Sequence record: SRR2962707_781 | Length of the DNA stretch: 64,000 nt | Reading direction: 5' to 3' (one strand) | Shown: positions 28,179-37,322 of the stretch, piece by piece | Layout: each line of letters begins with the position of its first letter | Numbering within the stretch: position 1 is the first letter of the stretch | Notes under the pieces: model-generated | The model's database searches: none | The model's input: the letters and a program-made list of their open reading frames with translations, nothing else | What the model was told of the DNA's origin: nothing | Made by a program: the position numbers and the translations under genes

Positions 28179-29084
28179 TAGTATTGCTTTTCCGTTGGAG
28201 TATTCGTACTCGACACCAAATGTTCGAGCGATTATCTCTATGGCATCTTTCGCCTTCTTCTTATTGAATTTAGCTGTGAGTTTACAGTTTTTAAACGTTG
28301 GATTCTCAAAGCTCACATCTATCCCATAAACATCCTCCAGGACCTGCTCTACTTCTGCCATGGTGCTCCCATCAAATGTGATGATTTTTGTTTTCCATGC
28401 CAGATAATTCAGATCATTGTTATTTCGTTTAATGATCCCTTTATTGTTATTAGAAACAAGCCCCATTTCTCCTTTCTTGAGCTTCACAGAAACCGCATCT
28501 GAATTAGTTGTTCTTTTCGATATCTCAACAAGACCCGACTCAACACAAACTTCGGTAGCAGTCTCACTACTTTTCACAATAAAGGATGTTCCCAGCACTT
28601 CAACTTTGGCGTTATCGGTATGGATGATAAAGGGACGGGTTTCATCTCGTTCAATGTCAAAATAAGCTTTTCCGTTAACCTTCACCTCCCTCACATTCTC
28701 GTCCATTTTTAATATCTCCAGGGTAGAATTTCCATGTAGCGCAATTTCACTTCCATCCTTCAGATTTTGACTGATATAATTGGTCTCTACGGAATTTTGA
28801 TTGAGTATGAATAACAATGAAATAGCCAATACAAGTATTACTGCGCTGGCATATCTGACCCAGCTCCTCATAATAAATGGCACTTCTTTACCCACAGGCT
28901 CTGATAAAATCTCATTCAATAAGCCTTGTGGTGGTTCAATGTTTTTATAAGTATTGAGCCATACATTTTTTGCATCAAAAAATGCTTTTGCATTTGTTTC
29001 TGATTCTGATCTCCAGTTTTCAACCAACGTTGTTTCGTCTTTGGTTGCTTCTCCAGAAAAATATTTTGCTAGTACTTCTTCCAT
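28161..29084 (-). CDS. FecR-family anti-sigma factor
   Basis: N-terminal LAKYFSGEAT..E...W, TM, LKDGSEI.L, GKAYFDI, VLGTSF, WKT..ITF and C-terminal FecR domain. Confidence 0.92.
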   Translation of the reverse strand: MEEVLAKYFSGEATKDETTLVENWRSESETNAKAFFDAKNVWLNTYKNIEPPQGLLNEILSEPVGKEVPFIMRSWVRYASAVILVLAISLLFILNQNSVETNYISQNLKDGSEIALHGNSTLEILKMDENVREVKVNGKAYFDIERDETRPFIIHTDNAKVEVLGTSFIVKSSETATEVCVESGLVEISKRTTNSDAVSVKLKKGEMGLVSNNNKGIIKRNNNDLNYLAWKTKIITFDGSTMAEVEQVLEDVYGIDVSFENPTFKNCKLTAKFNKKKAKDAIEIIARTFGVEYEYSNGKAILKGKGC

Positions 29085-29141
29085 TCTTTTCTTATCGTCT
29101 GGTAATTAACAACTTACAGTCCCTTACCCCCTAAGTCTTTT

Positions 29142-30548
29142 TTACAAATTATCGAATTTCGGATCATAATTTATCGGAACCAAATCTGCCGTACGCTCCC
29201 ATGACCAGTATCCATAGGTAGTCAACCCAAATCGGTCAATTATTTCACCATTCAAATCTAGTCTAACAGAGCTTTTAAGCAATTTTAATGTCGAGATTTG
29301 ATTGTCTTGATCCTTAATAAGCACGCCCTCTTCATTAATCAAGTGATTATAAATAACGGCTACAGATTCACTATTATTTAAAAAAGCCAAACTTTCCTTT
29401 TCCTTAAGGTACTCCACCACTAAATAATTTTTAAAATCAATTTCGTAGTGATCTCCTTTAAAAACTGTAATGTCTGAATTCGAAATTTCATGCTCTTTAG
29501 CTGATTCAAAATTTTTAAGACTTTTCAGTAAATAGATTTTAAATCCCTCTTTTCTAAGTTCATTATTTAAAAGTGCATTTTTAAAATGATTAAAAGAGCC
29601 TTCATATGCTTCTTTCCTATTGCGCTTCCATTCTCTTCTTTCGCGACCATTTAATGGATCTAAATTTCTAAATCTAATTTGACCTCTAAACCTTAGTTCG
29701 TTTTCCTGCTTTATGAAAGATTCTAAAAAATAGTTTATTCTATATCCCAGTGCATCGTTTCTAATTTGAAGTGGATGTTGTGTATAGGCTTTTAATGTAT
29801 TTGAACCATCATCATAGACAAAGTTTAAGACCTCCGGATTTTCAATAACACACTGCAATGCATTTTCAGACTGACCCAAAAGCTCTTCTTTGAAGGTTCT
29901 GAAATGAGATTGCCAACTATTATCGCCTCGATGAATACGATTGGATACAACTTCAACTTCCTCAAGCTGACCCAGATCTATTTCCATTTGATGGTTTCTA
30001 ATGCGAGCTCCGCCATTATATTCGGTGACCTGATAAACTGCATTTTCATACCCTACGTGGGAGAAAACAACATCATAATACCCCGGGGGAATAGATTCCA
30101 GTTTATAGTTTCCATCGATATCACTGGAAACACCAATTGTAGTGCCATCCAAAAATATATTGGCATTGTTTAGAGGTTGACCGGACTCATCATACACGGT
30201 TCCTGAGATGGTGAAGAAATTCTTCTTTCGTGTGACTACTTTTTCAGGAGGTTCATAGTTGAGGATAATTTGGTCTTTATAAAAAGAATATTTGAGGCCT
30301 GTTCCAATTAAAAGCTGTGATAAAAACTGATCGATAGGTGCATTTTCCGCGGAAATCGTATAAAGGCTTCCCTTTGGCAGTAAATCTGAATTGTAACTGA
30401 AGAAATAGTTGGTTTGCACACTTAAACTATCAAGTATTACTTCAAGAGAGACATTCTCGAATGTTCCATTCACCAGGTCATTTTTATGTTTTTGACCATA
30501 TCCAACAATAAGACACAAACAAAAACATAAATAGAGACTAGCTCGCAT
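29142..30548 (-). CDS. Exported protein: STN-like signalling domain + carboxypeptidase-regulatory-like domain + uncharacterised C-terminal domain
   Basis: Signal peptide; FENVSLEVILDSL...FSYNSDLL...LSQLLIGTGLKY...QIIL (STN-like); ISGTVYDESGQPL..ANIF...SDIDGNYKL...FSHVGY (CarboxypepD_reg-like); only 468 aa, no TBDT plug recognised. Confidence 0.75.
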   Translation of the reverse strand: MRASLYLCFCLCLIVGYGQKHKNDLVNGTFENVSLEVILDSLSVQTNYFFSYNSDLLPKGSLYTISAENAPIDQFLSQLLIGTGLKYSFYKDQIILNYEPPEKVVTRKKNFFTISGTVYDESGQPLNNANIFLDGTTIGVSSDIDGNYKLESIPPGYYDVVFSHVGYENAVYQVTEYNGGARIRNHQMEIDLGQLEEVEVVSNRIHRGDNSWQSHFRTFKEELLGQSENALQCVIENPEVLNFVYDDGSNTLKAYTQHPLQIRNDALGYRINYFLESFIKQENELRFRGQIRFRNLDPLNGRERREWKRNRKEAYEGSFNHFKNALLNNELRKEGFKIYLLKSLKNFESAKEHEISNSDITVFKGDHYEIDFKNYLVVEYLKEKESLAFLNNSESVAVIYNHLINEEGVLIKDQDNQISTLKLLKSSVRLDLNGEIIDRFGLTTYGYWSWERTADLVPINYDPKFDNL

Positions 30549-31095
30549 CTCTTAGATTTTTTAGGTCTTGAAGGCTTTCCCTGAGAACTTTAAGCGCCTT
30601 TCCCATCTGCACCTCAACTGTCTTCACTGAAATCTCCAGATGGTCTGCAATCTCCTGATATTTGAGCCCCTCAAACCGACTCAACTTGAATATTTCAGAA
30701 CACCTTGGCGGCAATTTTTCGATCTCTTCGTTGATTCGGTTTCTTATTGCATCCGGGTCACTAATGTCAAAATCATTTTGGTAGGATGATTCCATCATTT
30801 GCGTTATGTATTGTTTATAGCCATCCTTTACTTTTTCATGTTTGATAGAGTTTAAACATGAGTTATGAACGGATCGGTACAAATAACTTTTGATAGAGGA
30901 GTCTTCTGATAGAGAGTCACACTTTTCCCAAAATTTCACAAACACATCCTGAACAATTTCCTCTGCTTCCTCTCTGGTATCCATGAAACGAGCAGCGTAT
31001 AAAACCATGATAGAATAGTATTGGTTAAATACGAGTTCGAAAGCCCGCTTATCTTTGTTGATTAATCGATTTACTATTACCCCTTCGTTTTCCAA
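30538..31095 (-). CDS. ECF RNA polymerase sigma-70 factor (Bacteroidota type)
   Basis: AEEIVQDVFVKFW, SYLYRSVHNSCLN, LPPRCSEIFKLSRFEGLKYQEIA..L.IS.KTVE.QM.KAL. Confidence 0.95.
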   Translation of the reverse strand: MENEGVIVNRLINKDKRAFELVFNQYYSIMVLYAARFMDTREEAEEIVQDVFVKFWEKCDSLSEDSSIKSYLYRSVHNSCLNSIKHEKVKDGYKQYITQMMESSYQNDFDISDPDAIRNRINEEIEKLPPRCSEIFKLSRFEGLKYQEIADHLEISVKTVEVQMGKALKVLRESLQDLKNLRDAS

Positions 31096-31100
31096 GTGCA

Positions 31101-32117
31101 GTGATTGTTACCTCTAAAAATTTTGATCTAAAGTTAGAAGAAATTCTAATAGATAATCTTCCAACGGAAAAATATAACGAGAGTGAAAATATTGTGTTGG
31201 AATTAATCCGTAAATGGCATTCCGGACAAAAATATTTCACACATTATACCTCCGGCTCTACAGGAAGACCCAAGAAAATCATAATTAGTAGGGAAAAGAT
31301 CGAACTGAGTGCTAAATCTACACTCGCATTCATCGATCCAAACAATGACATTAAGAGTTCCTTGCTATGTCTGAACCCGTCAAATATTGGTGGAGCAATG
31401 GTCGTTTACAGGGCACTTATTTTCGACCATAATCTTACCATAGTAGAACCGACATCCAACCTTCAGCCACTATTAAATGAAGATCTATATTTTGATCTGG
31501 CATCTATGGTGCCCATGCAGTTTAAAAACTTGAGCCAAGTGGCGATATCCAAATTTGGCACTATTCTGATTGGGGGCGCTCACATGCCCGCCGATACGAC
31601 AAGTTATAATTCAAACATATATGTTACTTTCGGAATGACAGAGACTGTTTCGCATATTGCTTTGAGGCACATAAATAAGGAGTTATTCACCACTACCGGA
31701 GATACAGAAGTTGCTGTAAAATCGAATCAAACACTAAAGATTAAAGGCGGAATGACAGACTATAAATGGCTGAACACCAATGATATAGTTGAAATCTATT
31801 CGAATAGGTCATTTAAGTGGCTTGGTCGTGCTGATTTCATCATTAATTCCGGAGGAATTAAAATAAACCCGGAAATGATCGAAGCTCGATTATTGAGTCA
31901 AATTAAGTGTGATTTCATGGCAACCTCTTTACCTGATGATATACTGGGAAGGAAACTTGTCTTGTTAATAGAAGGAGACTCACAAAAGCTTGACTTCAGT
32001 TCACTCGGCAGACATCATCAACCAAAGGAAGTTTTCTTTCAACAGAAAATTTTCAGAACTAAAGCCAACAAGCTTGATCGGCTAAAAACACAACAATATT
32101 TTGAGTCTTTGTTATGA
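31101..32117 (+). CDS. menE: O-succinylbenzoate-CoA ligase (short Bacteroidota type)
   Basis: TSGSTGRPK, FGMTETVSH, TNDIV, GRAD..INSGGIKINPE; near the men cluster; start uncertain. Confidence 0.82.
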   Translation: MIVTSKNFDLKLEEILIDNLPTEKYNESENIVLELIRKWHSGQKYFTHYTSGSTGRPKKIIISREKIELSAKSTLAFIDPNNDIKSSLLCLNPSNIGGAMVVYRALIFDHNLTIVEPTSNLQPLLNEDLYFDLASMVPMQFKNLSQVAISKFGTILIGGAHMPADTTSYNSNIYVTFGMTETVSHIALRHINKELFTTTGDTEVAVKSNQTLKIKGGMTDYKWLNTNDIVEIYSNRSFKWLGRADFIINSGGIKINPEMIEARLLSQIKCDFMATSLPDDILGRKLVLLIEGDSQKLDFSSLGRHHQPKEVFFQQKIFRTKANKLDRLKTQQYFESLL

Positions 32118-32770
32118 AAATCACAATATCTTACCAGCCTCAACAACTTCCTCCGCCCTTCGCATATGCATGCGTTCTGGACATAGATCTTTCAGCAACA
32201 GCCATTGATGCATCTCTACAAGTAGAATACCTGGATCGGAATGCTGTCTCTGATGATGAACTTAGAGCTGAAGGATTCACACGAGATGATGATTTTGAAT
32301 GGAAAGGTCAAATCGACCTGAAATGGAAGGATGATATTGAACAGCTTGCCAAACTATCCGTCACTGAAAATCCTGATGAGGACATCTACCTACACATCAC
32401 CATAGATGAAAGCCAAATGGGGTTTCCAAAAAACATAGGTACAGCTGACCTCATTTTTCAGGAGGTTTTCCAGGCTATTTTAGAATCTGCTGAGATTGAA
32501 TCACCATTAGAATTTCAGTGTGTTTTAGAGGATAAAAAACATGTGGTTCTATTTAGCTTTTCGAAGCGATCGATAAAGTTTGACGGAAATGTGAGCTTTA
32601 AGTGGGAAATTGGAAGAGAGATCATAAGGCTGATTTACAACCTGGACTTTGAATCGCTAAAGCATTCCAAAAAGGAACAAAACAACAACGTTTACATCGG
32701 AGGTGACCAATGGTATCTTCTTCCTAATCCAATTATACACAAGCTCTCCTCTCTTTTAGGTGGTTTGTGA
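32114..32770 (+). CDS. Hypothetical protein
   Basis: 218 aa ORF overlapping the menE stop (ATGA coupling); motifs PPPFAY and EGFT.DDDF.W.G. Confidence 0.7.
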   Translation: MKITISYQPQQLPPPFAYACVLDIDLSATAIDASLQVEYLDRNAVSDDELRAEGFTRDDDFEWKGQIDLKWKDDIEQLAKLSVTENPDEDIYLHITIDESQMGFPKNIGTADLIFQEVFQAILESAEIESPLEFQCVLEDKKHVVLFSFSKRSIKFDGNVSFKWEIGREIIRLIYNLDFESLKHSKKEQNNNVYIGGDQWYLLPNPIIHKLSSLLGGL

Positions 32771-32849
32771 TGTACAGGTTTTGTGATTGATTCTCAAAAA
32801 ACGTATCTTCAAGGTGATTAACATTGATTTTCAACCTTAACTCAACCAA

Positions 32850-33206
32850 ATGAAAAGCTTAGGATTTTTAGGAAAACTCATGTATGCCGGACCCATGGCG
32901 ATGTTCGGTATTTTTCACCTAATGGGAGCCAATGATATGCAAGGAATGGTTCCCGACTTTTTACCAGCGCCTGTATTTTTCGTGTACTTGACAGGCATTG
33001 CACTAATTTTGGCTGCAGTGGCGATTATTATTGGCAAAAAAGCTAAATTAGCTACACAACTTTTAGGGTTAATGCTGGCACTATTTGCCGTATTAATTCA
33101 TTTGCCAGGTTTTATGGAAGGTAGTCAGGCGGCCACTTCCAGTTTTTTGAAAGATTTGGCATTGGCAGGTGGGGCATGGTTTATGAGTGCTCACCTGAGT
33201 GATTAA
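32850..33206 (+). CDS. DoxX-family membrane protein
   Basis: FGIFHL...MVP..LP, four TMs, FLKDLALAGGA. Confidence 0.85.
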   Translation: MKSLGFLGKLMYAGPMAMFGIFHLMGANDMQGMVPDFLPAPVFFVYLTGIALILAAVAIIIGKKAKLATQLLGLMLALFAVLIHLPGFMEGSQAATSSFLKDLALAGGAWFMSAHLSD

Positions 33207-33247
33207 AAGAGACTAAATTCGGAGATCCGGATAAGTATGAAGAGAGA

Positions 33248-33280
33248 GCCCTGGTGATGATCATTGCCAGGGTTTTTTTT
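33248..33280. terminator. Intrinsic terminator downstream of the DoxX gene
   Basis: GCCCTGGTGATG-a-TCATTGCCAGGGT stem followed by T8. Confidence 0.8.
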
Positions 33281-33281
33281 A

Positions 33282-34331
33282 TTAAAATAATCGGTAAGCT
33301 CCCCCTTTCCGAAAGTGAGAAGTCTCAAGTGGATTAAAGTTTTTATCACCAAAATATTTTCGCTTGCTCACGTCAAAAAGATTTCTAATTATTTCAGAAA
33401 TTTTCCCATCTCCTTTTATCCTTCTTCCAAACGCAGTGTCATTTACATTACCACCATGAAGGTCTTGTATTTGATGCCAAACCTTATCAGCACGGTCAGG
33501 AAAGTTTTTCATGAGCCAATCTTTAAAAATTTTGCTGATCTGCCCATTTAGCCTAACCACCGTATAGCTGGCAAAGGTTGCCCCAGCATCAGAAGTGGCT
33601 TTCAAAATATTAGGAATTTCATGGTGATTGAGTCCCGGAATTAAAGGTGCATTCATGACCCCTACCGAAATGCCTTCTTCTGCTAAATCTTCCATTGCTT
33701 TTAGCTTCTTTGCTGCACTGGCAGTTCGTGGTTCAAGCTTTTGTCTCAGCTGCTCATCCAAAGATGTTATGGAAAAAATAACATGAACCAGATTGTTTCC
33801 TGCAAGCTCTTTCAGAATATCTATATCTCTTGTGACTAGCGCATTCTTAGTAATTATGCCCACAGGGTGCTGATACTTATTGAAAACGGAAAGTAACTTT
33901 CTGGTTAACTCAAATTTTCGCTCAAGTGGTTGATAGCAATCTGTATTCCCACTTAGCATAATGGTTTTGGGTTGATACTTGGGTTTCAGGAATTCCTTCT
34001 CTAGCAAAGCTGGGGCTTCCGGCTTTACGATGATTTTGGTTTCAAAGTCTAAACCAGCACTAAAGCCCCAGTATTCGTGGGAGTTTCTGGCGTAACAATA
34101 AACGCATCCATGTTCACATCCCTGGTAAGGGTTTACTGAAGCAGATAGCCCGATATCGGGACTATTATTCGTTGAAATTATTTTCTTAGGGGTCTCCTTA
34201 AAAATCTCCGTTTTCGGTTTTTCTAATACCAATTCCTCATCTATTCCGTCATCATCTTCCGTACTGATCCTATACTCCTCAAATTTGTTAGGAACATTAA
34301 TCTGTGCCCCCTTCCCTTTTAAATAATCCAT
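33282..34331 (-). CDS. PA0069/Rv2578c-family (SplB-like) radical SAM protein
   Basis: NPYQGCEHGCVYCYAR CxxxCxxC, SGNTDCYQPLE, ITK, LEPRT, PLIPGLN. Confidence 0.9.
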   Translation of the reverse strand: MDYLKGKGAQINVPNKFEEYRISTEDDDGIDEELVLEKPKTEIFKETPKKIISTNNSPDIGLSASVNPYQGCEHGCVYCYARNSHEYWGFSAGLDFETKIIVKPEAPALLEKEFLKPKYQPKTIMLSGNTDCYQPLERKFELTRKLLSVFNKYQHPVGIITKNALVTRDIDILKELAGNNLVHVIFSITSLDEQLRQKLEPRTASAAKKLKAMEDLAEEGISVGVMNAPLIPGLNHHEIPNILKATSDAGATFASYTVVRLNGQISKIFKDWLMKNFPDRADKVWHQIQDLHGGNVNDTAFGRRIKGDGKISEIIRNLFDVSKRKYFGDKNFNPLETSHFRKGGAYRLF

Positions 34332-34338
34332 GAATTAA

Positions 34339-34361
34339 AATTACTAATATTTTTAGTAATT
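34339..34361. promoter_or_regulatory. Palindromic operator AATTACTAA-N5-TTAGTAATT, candidate Bacteroidota SOS (LexA-like) box
   Basis: Perfect 9-bp arms with a 5-nt spacer, 8-30 nt upstream of the radical SAM start. Confidence 0.65.
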
Positions 34362-34470
34362 ATATGAATGCTATACAAACAACTCCCTACTAAAAGAGTA
34401 GAAAATCTTCTGTATTAAGAAGAGGAATGCAGGGGGATGTAAGAAGTATTTTTGAAAAATAGTCTTCTGG

Positions 34471-35013
34471 TTAGGCTCTGGATTTTGAAAAAGTGAACGC
34501 GCTTGCCAATCCTACCACCGCTCCCATCAGGTGAGACTCCCATGATATACGTTCATCGAAACTGAAAAGGCCATAGGCCATTCCGCCATAGAGAAAAATG
34601 ACAATTGCACTGATAATGACCGATTTGAAATTTCTTTTAAATAAACCATGAAAGACCATGAAAGAGGCCAGCGCATAAATAAGACCACTTGCTCCAATAT
34701 GATAGAATGGTCTGCCAAAGATCCAAACCAAAATATTCGTAAAGAAGTAGGCATGAAGAAATACGCGAGGAGCAATTTTCGGATAGAAGAAATACAAGCT
34801 GCCCCCAAGTACCAGCAAGGGAATGGTATTCGAAGCTAGGTGGTTGAAATTACCGTGTAAAAGTGGAGCCATTACAATTCCTATCAACCCTGAAACCTCC
34901 CTCGGATAAATACCCAAATATCCCAGGTCAATTCTCAAATAGAATTCAATGGTGAACACAAGCCACATAAAGAAACAAAGTCTGAGCGGGGGTACGATTC
35001 CTGACTTGCGCAT
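34471..35013 (-). CDS. Rhomboid-family intramembrane serine protease
   Basis: PLLHGNFNHLASN, IGASG catalytic Ser, SWESHLMGA catalytic His. Confidence 0.92.
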   Translation of the reverse strand: MRKSGIVPPLRLCFFMWLVFTIEFYLRIDLGYLGIYPREVSGLIGIVMAPLLHGNFNHLASNTIPLLVLGGSLYFFYPKIAPRVFLHAYFFTNILVWIFGRPFYHIGASGLIYALASFMVFHGLFKRNFKSVIISAIVIFLYGGMAYGLFSFDERISWESHLMGAVVGLASAFTFSKSRA

Positions 35014-35021
35014 TGAGCTAA

Positions 35022-35063
35022 AATAAAAAGAAAACCCTGACCTCTTGGCGAAATCAGGGTTTT
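35022..35063 (-). terminator. Probable intrinsic terminator for the 35085-35546 gene
   Basis: AAAACCCTGA...TCAGGGTTTT inverted repeat with an A-rich flank (T-rich on the minus strand). Confidence 0.6.
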
Positions 35064-35084
35064 GGATGCTAAAGTGAATATCTT

Positions 35085-35546
35085 TTATTGAATCTCTTTA
35101 ATCATTTTTAAATCCATTAGACGAGACTCTTCATAGCTCACGGACAGATAACCAAGAACTCCTCCTGAAGCTTCAGCAATTTTTTTGGCAAGATCTTTCA
35201 GACTTGCGTGAAATTTAACAGCAAAGTTTTTGTCTATCTTCGGTAAGATGAAATTAAGCTTTCTCAGCTCAGTTGTGATCGCTGAAATTCTCGCATCTGT
35301 TCCGGAAGGGAGGTCATCTACAAGTTTATTAAAGTTTTCTTCAAACTGTTCTCCTACTATCTTATAGAACTCATGCAGCTGTTCTCTGGATCTGCTTTGC
35401 TTATTTCTGGCAACCTCAATTGCCTCTCTCCTCTCTGATTTGTCAATTTTACCGTCTGCACCGGCAATTAAAATAGCAACGTAAACAGGCGCTTTTAGCA
35501 TCACCTCAATTTCGTCTTCTCTAAGTGGTTCAAATTCTGGGATCAT
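35085..35546 (-). CDS. Hypothetical protein, TerB-like helical fold
   Basis: LIAGADGKIDKSE motif and IAEASGGVLG...VS.EE tail; start taken at ATG 35546. Confidence 0.7.
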   Translation of the reverse strand: MIPEFEPLREDEIEVMLKAPVYVAILIAGADGKIDKSERREAIEVARNKQSRSREQLHEFYKIVGEQFEENFNKLVDDLPSGTDARISAITTELRKLNFILPKIDKNFAVKFHASLKDLAKKIAEASGGVLGYLSVSYEESRLMDLKMIKEIQ

Positions 35547-35688
35547 TCCTTTTTGGGATTTCAAATTTTCGGCTCGAAAATACAAAATTATTTCTCCCCT
35601 GTCGATGACGTGGCTACTAAATTTGGCTATGTTTTTTACCTAGATGTTTCTTTTACGTATTAGATTTATCTTCAGGATTAAGCAAATT

Positions 35689-36012
35689 ATGGAAAAGATC
35701 GATTTCACTTATTTAGAAGTCCTCAGTGAGGATGATGATGACTTCAAAGATGAATTCATAGAAACTTTTGAAAGTACGTATGTCTCACTCGTTAGAAGAA
35801 TGAGAGAAGAGTTAGAAAACGGTAATATGGATCAGCTTTCGAAATCCGCACATCAGCTCAAACCTTCGGCTAAGATGATTTCATTGCCTTGTGCGCAAAC
35901 GCTTGAAGACATCCAATATCATCCTGAGAAAGCCACAGAAGAAGTTTTGAAGGACATACATACGCAATGCGAGGATGCGCTTAAACAGCTAAAAGACTGG
36001 GCAGGAGTTTAA
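35689..36012 (+). CDS. Stand-alone Hpt phosphotransfer protein
   Basis: IDFTYL...DDDF..E.I..F and AHQLKPS Hpt motif; start ATG 35689. Confidence 0.85.
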   Translation: MEKIDFTYLEVLSEDDDDFKDEFIETFESTYVSLVRRMREELENGNMDQLSKSAHQLKPSAKMISLPCAQTLEDIQYHPEKATEEVLKDIHTQCEDALKQLKDWAGV

Positions 36013-36015
36013 TTA

Positions 36016-36666
36016 TCAATCAGAGATCGGAAGCTCAACTTTCTCACCAAGAAATTTCGGTTCCCGCTGAAACACATATATATCCATCACAGCCATGGTA
36101 CGTGCCAATACCTCCCTCAATGCCAACAAGTTACCAACAGGGCCTCCATCGTCTGCTGAAACTGCAATCGCTTCCATTTCAAAATAGCGAGCGATGAATA
36201 GCGATCTATAGCAATGAAACTCCTGAGTAACAATGGTGACCTCATCCTGTCCAAATACTTCCTTACACCTGATAACTGAATCCAACGTCCTAAGTCCTGC
36301 AAAATCCAGTGACACATCTTCTTCCGGAATATTCAGATCCCCTAATGCCTGTAGCATGTCTCTGGGTTCATTGTAATACCTCGAACGGTTGTCGCCGCTA
36401 ACAAGGATATGTTTGATCTTCTGATTAGAATGAAGTGTTGCAGCTGTCTCCATACGCTCAGCAAAAAAGCGATTCGGATTTCCAGCAGACGTTCGCTTGC
36501 TGGTGCCCAGCACAAGCGCTACATCATTTACCGGAGCATTGGTTGGATTGTAGATGAAATTTTTCGTGGATTGGACTACCCAGATATTCGTTCCCAAAAT
36601 GAAGAGAAAAAGTGTAATCGCAATCCATATTCCCAGGCGGAGAAACTTTCGCGGTGTTATCTTCAT
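36016..36666 (-). CDS. sanA: SanA/YdcF (DUF218) family protein
   Basis: N-terminal TM, LVLGT, LVSGDN..YYNEP..M, DFAGLRTLDS, TQEFHCYR, REVLAR. Confidence 0.88.
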   Translation of the reverse strand: MKITPRKFLRLGIWIAITLFLFILGTNIWVVQSTKNFIYNPTNAPVNDVALVLGTSKRTSAGNPNRFFAERMETAATLHSNQKIKHILVSGDNRSRYYNEPRDMLQALGDLNIPEEDVSLDFAGLRTLDSVIRCKEVFGQDEVTIVTQEFHCYRSLFIARYFEMEAIAVSADDGGPVGNLLALREVLARTMAVMDIYVFQREPKFLGEKVELPISD

Positions 36667-37322
36667 ACTTCCACTCCTTTCGTTTTGAGTATCAGGTCTG
36701 CTTCTCTAACGATCTTTCGATACCAATCTGATCGGAGAACCAGCTTCTCCTGATCACTGAGGGTTGGCCAGCTTTTCAATTTAGATTTCAAAACTGTAAG
36801 ACATATTGCCGCACTTACAGATAAATTGAAGCTTTCCGTAAATCCCTGCATGGGTATATGAACAAACCCATCAGCCTTTTCCCCTGCTTCATTGCTTATT
36901 CCATCGGCTTCCGTTCCAAAAACAATTGCAGTTTTTAGTAACGGATCTAAATCATCAATGGATTGTGAGGTTTCATGCAAAGAAGTCGCATATATCCGAT
37001 ACCCTTCGTTTCTCAACGCCTCGTAGCATGCAGTTACATTGTCTTTTGAATTTTTGTAATGATGAAGTGTCACCCACTTGGCAGCTCCCTGAGTAATTCC
37101 AGGGTTAACCGAATAGCTATTTTTATTCTTGATAAAATGTAAGTCCTGAATGCCCATGCATTCGGCGGTTCTCAGCACGGCACTCACATTATGAGGTTTA
37201 TCAATATCCTCAAAGACCAATGTGACATGCCTCGTACGTTGTGCTAGTACCCGGTCAATATGCGCTTGCTTGTTTTCAGAAACAAACACTTCAAGTGTTT
37301 CGATGACCCGCCGGTGATCCAT
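36663..37322 (-). CDS. trmH: SpoU/TrmH-family tRNA 2'-O-methyltransferase
   Basis: EDIDKPHNVSAVLRT, FGTEADGIS, IPMQGFTESFNLSVS. Confidence 0.85.
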   Translation of the reverse strand: MDHRRVIETLEVFVSENKQAHIDRVLAQRTRHVTLVFEDIDKPHNVSAVLRTAECMGIQDLHFIKNKNSYSVNPGITQGAAKWVTLHHYKNSKDNVTACYEALRNEGYRIYATSLHETSQSIDDLDPLLKTAIVFGTEADGISNEAGEKADGFVHIPMQGFTESFNLSVSAAICLTVLKSKLKSWPTLSDQEKLVLRSDWYRKIVREADLILKTKGVEV

